Positions 40,630-47,946 of a stretch of 47,946 bases of DNA are shown piece by piece. The stretch's first letter is position 1; the number at the start of each line of letters is the position of its first letter. Under the pieces are notes generated by a model, which did not search any database, was not told where the DNA came from, and worked only from the letters and a program-made list of their open reading frames with translations. The stretch comes from a virus. Lineage: Duplodnaviria > Caudoviricetes. The position numbers and the translations under genes are program-made. The DNA lies in the IMG/VR virus record IMGVR_UViG_3300037424_001312, positions 1 to 47,946 of that record; one strand, given 5' to 3'.

Positions 40630-40839
40630 TCATTGCTTCCCCTTCCAGGTGCAAGGCTCCACCTTCAGGCCGGGATCGACGACACAGCTACTGCCGTCGC
40701 ACTTCTCGCAGCCGGCTTGACAGCCACATGGAATCAGGACGTCCGGATCCTCAAAGGGGTCATCCAGGCCGCAGTCCAGGCAGGGGTTCCCGGGCCAGCT
40801 GAGGGCCCAGCGATGTTCTCCTGGCTTCCGCTCAGCCAT
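40630..40839 (-). CDS. Cys-rich hypothetical protein
   Basis: GAGGAG SD. HRW..WPG..CLDCG. Confidence 0.55.
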   Translation of the reverse strand: MAERKPGEHRWALSWPGNPCLDCGLDDPFEDPDVLIPCGCQAGCEKCDGSSCVVDPGLKVEPCTWKGKQ

Positions 40840-41071
40840 TACGGCTCCTCAGCCAGGCCCAGAGGCCCCGGAGCCAGGCCGGCGGCTGCTCGCCAGCCAG
40901 CTGCCACTGCATCGGGTACCCCATGGCGTAGATGGTGAAGGCCCAGGGGATCCCGAAGGCCGCAAAGAGTCCCCAGTGTCCATGGAGCCAGAAATACACC
41001 AGCAGAAAGATGCCGATCCACTCATCCAAGAAGAGGAAGAGGCGGCCCCAGGCGGGGTTCATGCCCTGCAC
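40832..41071 (-). CDS. Small membrane protein
   Basis: Two hydrophobic segments. Confidence 0.55.
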   Translation of the reverse strand: MQGMNPAWGRLFLFLDEWIGIFLLVYFWLHGHWGLFAAFGIPWAFTIYAMGYPMQWQLAGEQPPAWLRGLWAWLRSRNG

Positions 41072-41256
41072 CCGTGCTTTACGAACACCAGGGCCTGCTT
41101 CCTGTCGTTCTGCCGGGCCACCTCCAGAAGCTTGACCAGGGTTTTCTCAGTGAAGGCAAAGACGTGGCCGTCATCCACCCGGACGCAGGCCGTACCCTGC
41201 TGCTGGAGCTGGAAGTCGAAAACGTCACCAATGTCACCTTGATCTTCATCGGCCAT
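41059..41256 (-). CDS. Hypothetical protein (MADEDQGDIGDVF...)
   Basis: Class II motif at 41278-41290 and GGGAGA SD. Confidence 0.55.
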   Translation of the reverse strand: MADEDQGDIGDVFDFQLQQQGTACVRVDDGHVFAFTEKTLVKLLEVARQNDRKQALVFVKHGCRA

Positions 41257-41306
41257 GCCCTGTCTCCCTTCAGACATCCTATAACGGCTAGCCCCAGAAG
41301 ACAACC

Positions 41307-41753
41307 CTAGAACTTCTTCTCCATGTAGGGAGCCTTGGGGTTGGGGTACTTCGCCAGGATCTTCTCGGCCATGCGGTTCTGCTCCTGGACCCAGGTCTCA
41401 GCGCCGGTAGCCTTCGGCGGCCGGTCGTCGACCCAGTTGCCCTGGAGCATGCTGTCTCGGAGCACGATCAAACCGGCGATGGCCTTGGTGATGTGGGACA
41501 GTCCGCTGTCGGGGTCGATATCCTGCCCCTCCCAGAAGGCGTCAATGTGCCGGCGACTAGCGTCGTAGTAGACGCTAGCTCGCACGCCCGCAATTCTCCA
41601 GTTGTACCCACCGTACTTGCAGGCCCCCTCCAACAGCCCGAGAGCCACCTCTCCAAGGACCTGCGGTGGAATCCTACTCGGGGGGACCTTGCTGGATCCG
41701 ATCGCGTCCTTGGGGTTGGTGTCCTTGGTGCGGCGGTCATTGGTCTCGGTCAT
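41307..41753 (-). CDS. dATP/dGTP diphosphohydrolase-domain protein (DUF5664-like)
   Basis: NPKDAIGSSK..P...EGACKYGGYNWR...YYDASRRH..AFWEGQDIDPDSGLSH..KA. Start reassigned to 41753. Confidence 0.82.
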   Translation of the reverse strand: MTETNDRRTKDTNPKDAIGSSKVPPSRIPPQVLGEVALGLLEGACKYGGYNWRIAGVRASVYYDASRRHIDAFWEGQDIDPDSGLSHITKAIAGLIVLRDSMLQGNWVDDRPPKATGAETWVQEQNRMAEKILAKYPNPKAPYMEKKF

Positions 41754-41774
41754 TGGGACAGACTCTTTAGAAAG

Positions 41775-41817
41775 CAAAAAGCACAAGTCGGCCGCCGGGG
41801 CTGACTTGTGCTTTTTG
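41775..41817. terminator. Strong bidirectional intrinsic terminator
   Basis: Perfect 15-bp inverted repeat CAAAAAGCACAAGTC/GACTTGTGCTTTTTG. Confidence 0.8.
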
Positions 41818-41874
41818 GTGGTTGACATAGTGGCGAGGGCATCTCGGCCTCCACCACTATGTAACGGCTACGGC

Positions 41875-42690
41875 TTACGGCCCGAGGGCCACGCCGTCGT
41901 TCGAGGTCACCTGCCAGACCAGGGCACCGCCCACCTGCACAGCCTCCAGGACGATGGAATCACCAGCTTCCCCGAAGGTCATGACGGTGTTACCGGCCTG
42001 GTTGATCCGCACTGCGGAGGTCACCACACGGTCACCCACAGCATAGACATCACAGGTCAGGAGCATCTTCTGGCCGATGAAGCTAGGAGCAGCCAGGGTG
42101 TTGGTCTCCGCGGCACCCGTGGTGATGGCCACACTCGCCGAACGGGTCACCGGGATAGCGACGCCAGTCCCGGGGTCCGCGAGGGGCACGGGAACGTACT
42201 TGACCAGCTCCAGGAGGGCTGCCTCGACGTCAGCCGCTGCCAGAAGGCTGCCGGCATCCTCGACGCCAACCCAGCTGGCTCCAAAGCCAGTAGCCGTGCT
42301 CGCCAGGCCGTCGATCGTGTCGTTATCGACGCCAGCCAACTCGGCTAGGGCCGCTTCGACGTTCTCTGCCGTAAAATTCAGGGCAGCGTCCTCGATGGCC
42401 ACCAGGCTGGCACCGTCGCCGTTGGCGACGCTTGCCAGGTCGACACGGAGGGCCACGTCAGCCCCGCCGGCCAGCTCGGCCAGCGCGGCTTCGACGTCGG
42501 TCGCCGTCAGGAGGGTGCCGGCATCCTCGATACCGATCATGGAGGCGCCCACACCGGTGGCGGTGCTGGCCAGGTCTGCCAGGACGTCCTCGTCCTGGCC
42601 TGCATCTACGGCGTCCGCCACCTCCGCGCCGACAGTCGAGTCGGTCAGGGCGATGACGAGGCGCTTACGGGCTTCATCAGAAAGTGCCAT
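41875..42690 (-). CDS. Repeat-containing virion protein (head decoration/fibre-like)
   Basis: Three repeats of about 45 aa (LASTATG.GAS.IG.EDAG.LL.A.DVEAALAEL). Late motif TAATCTA and GAGGAG SD. Confidence 0.6.
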   Translation of the reverse strand: MALSDEARKRLVIALTDSTVGAEVADAVDAGQDEDVLADLASTATGVGASMIGIEDAGTLLTATDVEAALAELAGGADVALRVDLASVANGDGASLVAIEDAALNFTAENVEAALAELAGVDNDTIDGLASTATGFGASWVGVEDAGSLLAAADVEAALLELVKYVPVPLADPGTGVAIPVTRSASVAITTGAAETNTLAAPSFIGQKMLLTCDVYAVGDRVVTSAVRINQAGNTVMTFGEAGDSIVLEAVQVGGALVWQVTSNDGVALGP

Positions 42691-42764
42691 TGCTTCGTTC
42701 TCCTCAAAAGAGTGACACCCCCTAGATTAGGTGCCCCAATTTAGAAGAACGGGCTGGCGCTTTC

Positions 42765-42983
42765 TTAATACACAAGAGCCTCGGGCTCATACCACCGGTC
42801 CCACCACCGCCCCTCATGGGTATCTCGCCCCTTCGTTGTCTCCTGGAGGTTCTCCAGGCAGCGAACCAGATACCGGGCCAGGATGTAGTCCGGGGTGTTC
42901 AGGTCGTTGTCAACGGAGAGCCGATTCAGAAGAGACTCAAGCTCCGAGGCGAGCCGCTTTTGCTTCTCATCAGTGAGGACCAC
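42765..42983 (-). CDS. Small conserved-looking phage protein (LLNRLSVDNDLNTPDYILARYL..CL)
   Basis: GTG start at 42983 with AAGG upstream. The NTPD(F/Y)ILA pattern is typical of small phage proteins. Confidence 0.6.
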   Translation of the reverse strand: MVLTDEKQKRLASELESLLNRLSVDNDLNTPDYILARYLVRCLENLQETTKGRDTHEGRWWDRWYEPEALVY

Positions 42984-43206
42984 GGCGAAACACCTTTCGA
43001 AAGAGCCGACGTACATTCCGGACAATGAAGTAGGCAACGAAGAAGAAGACGGACACCGGAAGCAGGGCCCGGTTGATGGCATTATCGGCCTTCAACCACT
43101 GGCCCTTGTCGGCATGCCGGTTGCTAATCCAGAGCCAGAAGACGGCCCAGGCGGCGGCCCAGACCCAAAACGCCCCAAAGGCGATCACCAAGAAGCTCTT
43201 GTCCAC
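42970..43206 (-). CDS. Small two-TM membrane protein
   Basis: GTG start at 43206 after GAGG. Confidence 0.55.
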   Translation of the reverse strand: MDKSFLVIAFGAFWVWAAAWAVFWLWISNRHADKGQWLKADNAINRALLPVSVFFFVAYFIVRNVRRLFRKVFRRGPH

Positions 43207-43208
43207 GG

Positions 43209-44336
43209 TTAGTCCTCGGGACCGATGTCCGCGGCGGCTTCCATGGAAGCAAGTCGCAGACGTTCCGTGCAGGCCTGGCGGTCTTCGCAAAGACGAGTCC
43301 GCCCAGCTTCCGTGGTCGTGTCCCAGATGCTGTAGGTCGACCCACAAGAATCACAGGCCAGCGGTGGGTTTGCGGAGATGGAGATTCGGAACGGGAAATT
43401 ACCGCCCTTCACGGACTCGATGGTCCTCCGGATAGCAGCCTCATCCTCCTCGGTCAAAAGGGGAGGAATCTCGCCTTCCTTCATGAAGACCTTCCCGAAA
43501 GTCGGCTCGAAGTCCTTGAGGCTGTCGACAACACCGGGGTGCACGAAGATGTAGGAGAGCACGGTCTCGGCGGCCGGCTGAAGATCCGCGGCTGCCAGCT
43601 GGGCCATCTGCGCAAAATCCTTCCGGACGATAAACGAATCCGTGAACTGCATCGTAGACAGGGGCAGCAGGCACCCATGAACGAAGCCCTCTTCCGCCAA
43701 GGCGTTCACGAGGTCAATCACCAGCTTTATCTTGGCGTCTCGGGTCGCCTGGTCCCTGACAAGAACGGAGACGTACTGGCAGTAGAGGACAATCCGCCTG
43801 CAATCCACATAAGACGAGGCCCTGGCCACGAACTCCTTGTCTTCCTCCGTGGGGACCCGGGAGCCGGTATGGTCCGCGGGGACAACGACCTGAAGCAGGG
43901 AGGATGCCACTTGAGGCTTGAGGGCCTCACGAGCCTTCTCTGTGAAGGAATTCATGTAGAGCCGGCTGATGTCGGTGACATGCAAGGGCCTCGGGGCCGG
44001 CAGCTCTGACTCAAAGAACTTCATCAGGTCTTCGGCAATCTTGATCCCCTGGATAAGGGAATTTCGGAGCAAGCCCACCTGGGCCACGTAGCTGGCCGGC
44101 TTCCGAATCTCGGGACGGCTGTCCAGGGGACCGCAGTCGGACCGATACAGGGTCCCAAGGTCATTCATGACCACACGGTAACGACGCCCGTTTTCGACGT
44201 ACTCGGCGTCCATGAGGATGACGGTCTCCTTGCGGCACTTTTTCGCAGAACCCTCCGCAGACTGGACCAGATGCTCGCCGTTCTCGTCGGGTTCGAAGCG
44301 CTCGACAACCTGGATCTGCCTGTCTTTTTCGCTCAT
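43209..44336 (-). CDS. Hypothetical protein (375 aa, C-terminal CxxC...C..C)
   Basis: Class II motif directly upstream. Confidence 0.7.
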   Translation of the reverse strand: MSEKDRQIQVVERFEPDENGEHLVQSAEGSAKKCRKETVILMDAEYVENGRRYRVVMNDLGTLYRSDCGPLDSRPEIRKPASYVAQVGLLRNSLIQGIKIAEDLMKFFESELPAPRPLHVTDISRLYMNSFTEKAREALKPQVASSLLQVVVPADHTGSRVPTEEDKEFVARASSYVDCRRIVLYCQYVSVLVRDQATRDAKIKLVIDLVNALAEEGFVHGCLLPLSTMQFTDSFIVRKDFAQMAQLAAADLQPAAETVLSYIFVHPGVVDSLKDFEPTFGKVFMKEGEIPPLLTEEDEAAIRRTIESVKGGNFPFRISISANPPLACDSCGSTYSIWDTTTEAGRTRLCEDRQACTERLRLASMEAAADIGPED

Positions 44337-44361
44337 ACCCTATCTATAACGGCTGGCGCCG

Positions 44362-45909
44362 CTACTTCTTGGGCGGCTTCTTGCTCTTCTTGGCGAAGCC
44401 CATGATACGGTCGTGCTGCTTCAGCCAGTCCTGATAATCCTGGTCCAGGATTTTGGGCAACTCAGCCTCAGGGACGGTCTGGGATTCACCCTGGACAACA
44501 TGGAGAGGCTCCCGCCCGGGGACGGCGGCCACGGTTTCCTCGACGGCATTCTGCCAGGACTTGGGAAAGAGGTCTTGCTCAATCTCGCCGGCCTCAGGGG
44601 GCGTCGGAGTCCGATTGGCGCCAAGCCGGTGCAGGCGCCCGGCGGCGGCGAGAAGATGCCCCCGGCCCTGGGCGAGCTGCTGGGGCGAGATAGTGGCACT
44701 GTTATCAAAGTTCTCCCCCTGCCCTGGTCCCCAGATCTTCCCTATGACGTCAGCTTTCTTCCCCTGGTCCACGGCAGGAGTCGAGTTACCCGGGAACTTC
44801 AAGAGCTGGCCCTTGAGAAGGTCAGCGAACCCCTCCAGGAGCTGAACCGCAGCCTCTCTGGCTTCAGACTTCACGACGGTCTTCACACCGGCCGCGGTGG
44901 GGCCTGCGTTGGCCTTGCTGTTCAGGAAGCTGGTCAGCTGGGAGTGCAACTGTGCCCCCTGGGGGTGGGCCTTGAGGGCCTGGAGGAAGGGCCCGTGGTT
45001 CATATGCTGGGTGATAAAGCGGCCTCGCTCCGGGCTACCCTGGGGGTGCGCCCTGAGGCCGGTCATGAAGCCCTCGACGCTGTTGTGCAGCTGCGGGGCG
45101 GCCAGGTGGGTAGTGCCCGTAGGGGGCAGGTCGGCCTTCTCCAGCTCGGGCTCCGGGGCTTCCTTCTGGCGGATTTTGTTCGCCCAGTGGTCAACGTGGT
45201 CGTGGCAGTACTCGGCATGGACCATGCGCTGGCACCGACGCTCGCCGAGACGCCACTTGCAGTGCCTGGCCTCGGACTTGTCCAGCTCGGTCTTCTTGAA
45301 GCAGGTACTGCACTCGTACTCGTCAAGGCCGGCATTGGCGCCCGGGAACTTGTGCATGTCTTCCCTGAAATCCTTACCCTGGCAAGACCGACAGGTCCCG
45401 TAGGTCCTCTTGGATTCCCTGGCATACTTGGGCGGGGGCGGCTGTGTAGAAGCCGGCTTCTCTGCCTTCTGGATGGGCTCCCCCTGGGGCGGGGCCTGGT
45501 CCAGGGTCGGCTCATGAAGGGCGTAGAGGTCCCCACGGTGAGCCCGAAAACGGTACACGGGCTTGTCGCCGGCCATCAGCCGGTGTTCGATCTCCGGGGG
45601 CACGGGGCCAATAGCTTCCTTACCCAGCCCCCTCAAATGGAGGTCATACAGCGCCCAGTGCTTCCTGGCGTCCTCGTGGTTACCGGCCGCCTGGGCAGCG
45701 CGCATGCCGGCCAAGTGGTGGGCAGCCGCGTGCTCACGCTGCTCCCGAACGTAGTCCTCGTGGGCCCGCTGCTCGGCCTCATGCCGAGGCATCTGGTGGT
45801 GGAACTCATTCACGGCAGCCCTGGTCTCCAGGTCCTGAACATGGTCAGGGTGCACGATGGGCCTGCTTAGCCACTGCGGCGGCACTACCTTCTTCTTCTC
45901 GTCCGCCAT
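44362..45909 (-). CDS. Large modular late protein (515 aa) with Zn-finger modules
   Basis: LETRAAVNEF..MPRHEAE helix; CRSC...CSTC; C..C..C..H. Starts immediately after the 457 aa late gene. Confidence 0.7.
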   Translation of the reverse strand: MADEKKKVVPPQWLSRPIVHPDHVQDLETRAAVNEFHHQMPRHEAEQRAHEDYVREQREHAAAHHLAGMRAAQAAGNHEDARKHWALYDLHLRGLGKEAIGPVPPEIEHRLMAGDKPVYRFRAHRGDLYALHEPTLDQAPPQGEPIQKAEKPASTQPPPPKYARESKRTYGTCRSCQGKDFREDMHKFPGANAGLDEYECSTCFKKTELDKSEARHCKWRLGERRCQRMVHAEYCHDHVDHWANKIRQKEAPEPELEKADLPPTGTTHLAAPQLHNSVEGFMTGLRAHPQGSPERGRFITQHMNHGPFLQALKAHPQGAQLHSQLTSFLNSKANAGPTAAGVKTVVKSEAREAAVQLLEGFADLLKGQLLKFPGNSTPAVDQGKKADVIGKIWGPGQGENFDNSATISPQQLAQGRGHLLAAAGRLHRLGANRTPTPPEAGEIEQDLFPKSWQNAVEETVAAVPGREPLHVVQGESQTVPEAELPKILDQDYQDWLKQHDRIMGFAKKSKKPPKK

Positions 45910-47283
45910 CTAGCCATCCTCCAGGGCATCCATGAAGGCCAGGAAATCATCGGTTTCCCAGCCGTCAAAGACAAGATTGTAGCCGTCCTTCAGGGACTCG
46001 ACTTTGACACTCTTCGCCAAGTCCCGGAAGCAGAAGCAGCCAGTAAAGCGGTCACCCTTGAATTGCCGGCCCCCGCAGGCATTGCACTCGGCTTCGGCCT
46101 GGCTCTTGGTCACCCTCAGGGTCGGCACCTTCTTGGGATGCTTCTGAACCGCTCCCTTGCCTGTCTGCACGACCTCCTGGGTGGTCTTTGGCTGGGGAAT
46201 CTTGACCGCCTGGGGACGGAGACTGACCACGGGCCCCTTGCTGTTCTGATTCGGGTCCGGGGGCTGCGGGGCCAGCGGCTGCTCGGGCTCCAGGGGTGCG
46301 GCGGCCGGCCCGGGAGCTTCCTTGCCTCCCTTGCCGGGCCTCATCTCGGCCTTGAGGGCGTACCTGTATTCGCCCATGCGGTTATCGTAGGGCTCCCCAC
46401 GGGGACCGGCCAAGCTCGGAAACTTGGTAGCCGTGGGCTTGTAGCCGAGGCCATGCTTCTCGGAGAGCTTCTGGTGAACCCTGGACGCCGAGGTGGAGTG
46501 CGTGGGGCCGCCACGTATGTTCCGGAGTCCTAGCGTGTGGTAGCCGTGCGTCATCATGGCTTCGTACATGGCTTGACCTAACCCCTTACCGTGGTGACCG
46601 GGGTCGGCAATCTCCGAGTCCTCGATATTGAGGGCCCCATCCTCGTGGTTGGCCTTCATGTCCCCGATGCTGAAGGCCCCGGGCTTCGCGTGACCAAACC
46701 GGAGGTCGGCCCAGAAAGTACTGGCGCCGGGGGCATGCTTGACGTGAAGCCGATACCCGGCCTGGTGAGCGGCTGCTGGCAGCAGGTGACTGTAGTCCCA
46801 CTTAGCTTCGGAGATCTTCTTCCCGGGCTGAAGGTCCTTGATTGCCTTCTCCAGGGGCTCACCCTTCCTCAGCTCAGAGACAACGGTCCTGGCTCTCACC
46901 AGGAGGTCGATGTTCTTGCCCAGGCGCTGGAGGTCTCGGTCCCGGAGGTCGGCATGTACCATGTCCCGGTCAGCCCCCAGGACTACGGCAATGCAGGCGC
47001 CCAGGTGCAGGAGGGTCGCGGACTCAAATCCGTAGACGTTGTCCCCGATGGCGATGCTGCCCGTGAAGCGGTCTTCAGACTTCTGGAACTGCACGTAGGA
47101 ATTCAGTTGACCCGGAATGGGCCCCTCGTAGTCTTCGAGGGTCCGGATTTCCAACCAGGCCATGAGGGCTCGGGGCAAGATGACGGCCTCCAGCTCAGGA
47201 GCCCTATCGGCAGCCTTCACGAGCGCAGCCGCACCGTCCTCACCCAGGATAGCCTTCAGGAATCTGTACTTCCCATCATCCAT
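45910..47283 (-). CDS. Modular late protein (457 aa) with internal GNAT-like module and C-terminal CxxC..CxC
   Basis: IEDSEIADPGHHGKGLGQAMYEAM...HSTSASRVHQKL. TAATCTT 6 nt before ATG. Confidence 0.7.
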   Translation of the reverse strand: MDDGKYRFLKAILGEDGAAALVKAADRAPELEAVILPRALMAWLEIRTLEDYEGPIPGQLNSYVQFQKSEDRFTGSIAIGDNVYGFESATLLHLGACIAVVLGADRDMVHADLRDRDLQRLGKNIDLLVRARTVVSELRKGEPLEKAIKDLQPGKKISEAKWDYSHLLPAAAHQAGYRLHVKHAPGASTFWADLRFGHAKPGAFSIGDMKANHEDGALNIEDSEIADPGHHGKGLGQAMYEAMMTHGYHTLGLRNIRGGPTHSTSASRVHQKLSEKHGLGYKPTATKFPSLAGPRGEPYDNRMGEYRYALKAEMRPGKGGKEAPGPAAAPLEPEQPLAPQPPDPNQNSKGPVVSLRPQAVKIPQPKTTQEVVQTGKGAVQKHPKKVPTLRVTKSQAEAECNACGGRQFKGDRFTGCFCFRDLAKSVKVESLKDGYNLVFDGWETDDFLAFMDALEDG

Positions 47284-47293
47284 GGCTCAAAGA

Positions 47294-47946
47294 TTACCGG
47301 GGACCGAAGCGAGGCCCCTCCGGGGGAGGGTTGTTCTGGCGGCCCTTGTCTGGGGCCAGGTCGTCGCGTTGATTCTTCTCGTAGATGTACTCACGCTGGA
47401 GCACGCAGGCCTGCGGCATGCGCTGCACTTCCCGGGCTCCCGTGAAGGGGTTCTCGGCTTGACTGACCCGGACTTCATGTAGGAGCCTGGATACGTACCA
47501 ATAGGGCCTGTACGTGTACCTTGCTGAGCAGATGACCCCGCGGCCAGTCTGCGGGTCGACACCTGGCCCCTTGCCGGTAAGCCAATGAATACGGCTCTCG
47601 GCGACCTCATAGTCACCAGGGTAGTAACGGGTCCCCCGGCTGTCCATGAGGTCCTGTACGGTGACCACCGGGAAGTTCATCTTGTCCCAGCCACTGGGGT
47701 CGTGTCGGTAGGCTTGCCAGTTGATGACCACGATTCCCTTCTCGGCCAGGTAGAGGCGGTCATAGGGGGCCACGTAGACCGGAGTCTCGGGCCTGTCATC
47801 GTAGTACTGAGGCAGGGTAATCTGCACCGTGGAGCCGTCCATGTCCCCGAGCCCCAGCTCTGCCAGCTGCGTCCCGTTACCGGTGAACAAGCAGGTGATG
47901 GTGCCGGCCAGGGTGTAGATGAAGCCGTTGCTACAGCCGCTGTGGT
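47294..47946 (-). CDS. Neck / head-closure-like virion protein, 5' end beyond the window
   Basis: Frame open to the window edge (...HSGCSNGFIYTLAG...). APYDRLYL and SARYTYRPYWYVSRLLHEVR. Confidence 0.6.
   Translation of the reverse strand, partial: HSGCSNGFIYTLAGTITCLFTGNGTQLAELGLGDMDGSTVQITLPQYYDDRPETPVYVAPYDRLYLAEKGIVVINWQAYRHDPSGWDKMNFPVVTVQDLMDSRGTRYYPGDYEVAESRIHWLTGKGPGVDPQTGRGVICSARYTYRPYWYVSRLLHEVRVSQAENPFTGAREVQRMPQACVLQREYIYEKNQRDDLAPDKGRQNNPPPEGPRFGPR

Noticed and set aside
41754-41828. N-terminal extension of the diphosphohydrolase in the ORF track
   Set aside because: It runs through the terminator inverted repeat; ATG 41753 fits the domain start.
43450-43830. Capsid-fold-like IFVHP segment in the 375 aa protein
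   Set aside because: Too short to support a call, and the gene has a class II rather than a late motif.
72-45870. Long plus-strand ORFs (e.g. 72..947, 23140..25551, 32532..35129, 37114..38370, 44413..45870)
   Set aside because: Antisense shadows of GC-rich minus-strand genes, with no motifs or start signals.
1-47946. Stop-codon reassignment
   Set aside because: Conserved genes are full length in code 11 and end with TAG, TGA or TAA at sensible positions.

Overview
This GC-rich window is a segment of a large contractile-tailed (myovirus-type) phage genome, mostly coded on the minus strand in standard code 11. Late virion genes (baseplate hub-like, tape measure-like, tail chaperones, tube, sheath, neck/tail completion, repeat-rich decoration protein, holin-like pair) are scattered among clusters of small accessory genes. 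Recognisable accessory functions are RtcB, a T4 Rnl1-type RNA ligase, an RlaP/NrdC.11-like nucleotidyltransferase, NADAR, a frameshifted RelA/SpoT-type HD hydrolase, a dATP/dGTP diphosphohydrolase, an AAA ATPase, a ClpP-like protease with a signal peptide, tRNA-Ala(UGC) and several tRNA-like or structured ncRNA candidates. Three promoter-like motif classes can be read from the sequence. The most striking candidate system is four large late-motif-associated modular proteins whose cargo domains (mCpol nucleotide cyclase, GNAT, HExxH peptidase, Cys-His-Asp transglutaminase/papain-like) are bounded by a recurring hydrophobic-x-K-(A/S/G/D) motif. This suggests protease-processed, capsid-packaged polyproteins. 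Also notable are two acyl-carrier-like domains lacking the phosphopantetheine Ser, and a gene split in two by an antisense GIY-YIG endonuclease. All family calls are by-eye motif recognition, not database searches.
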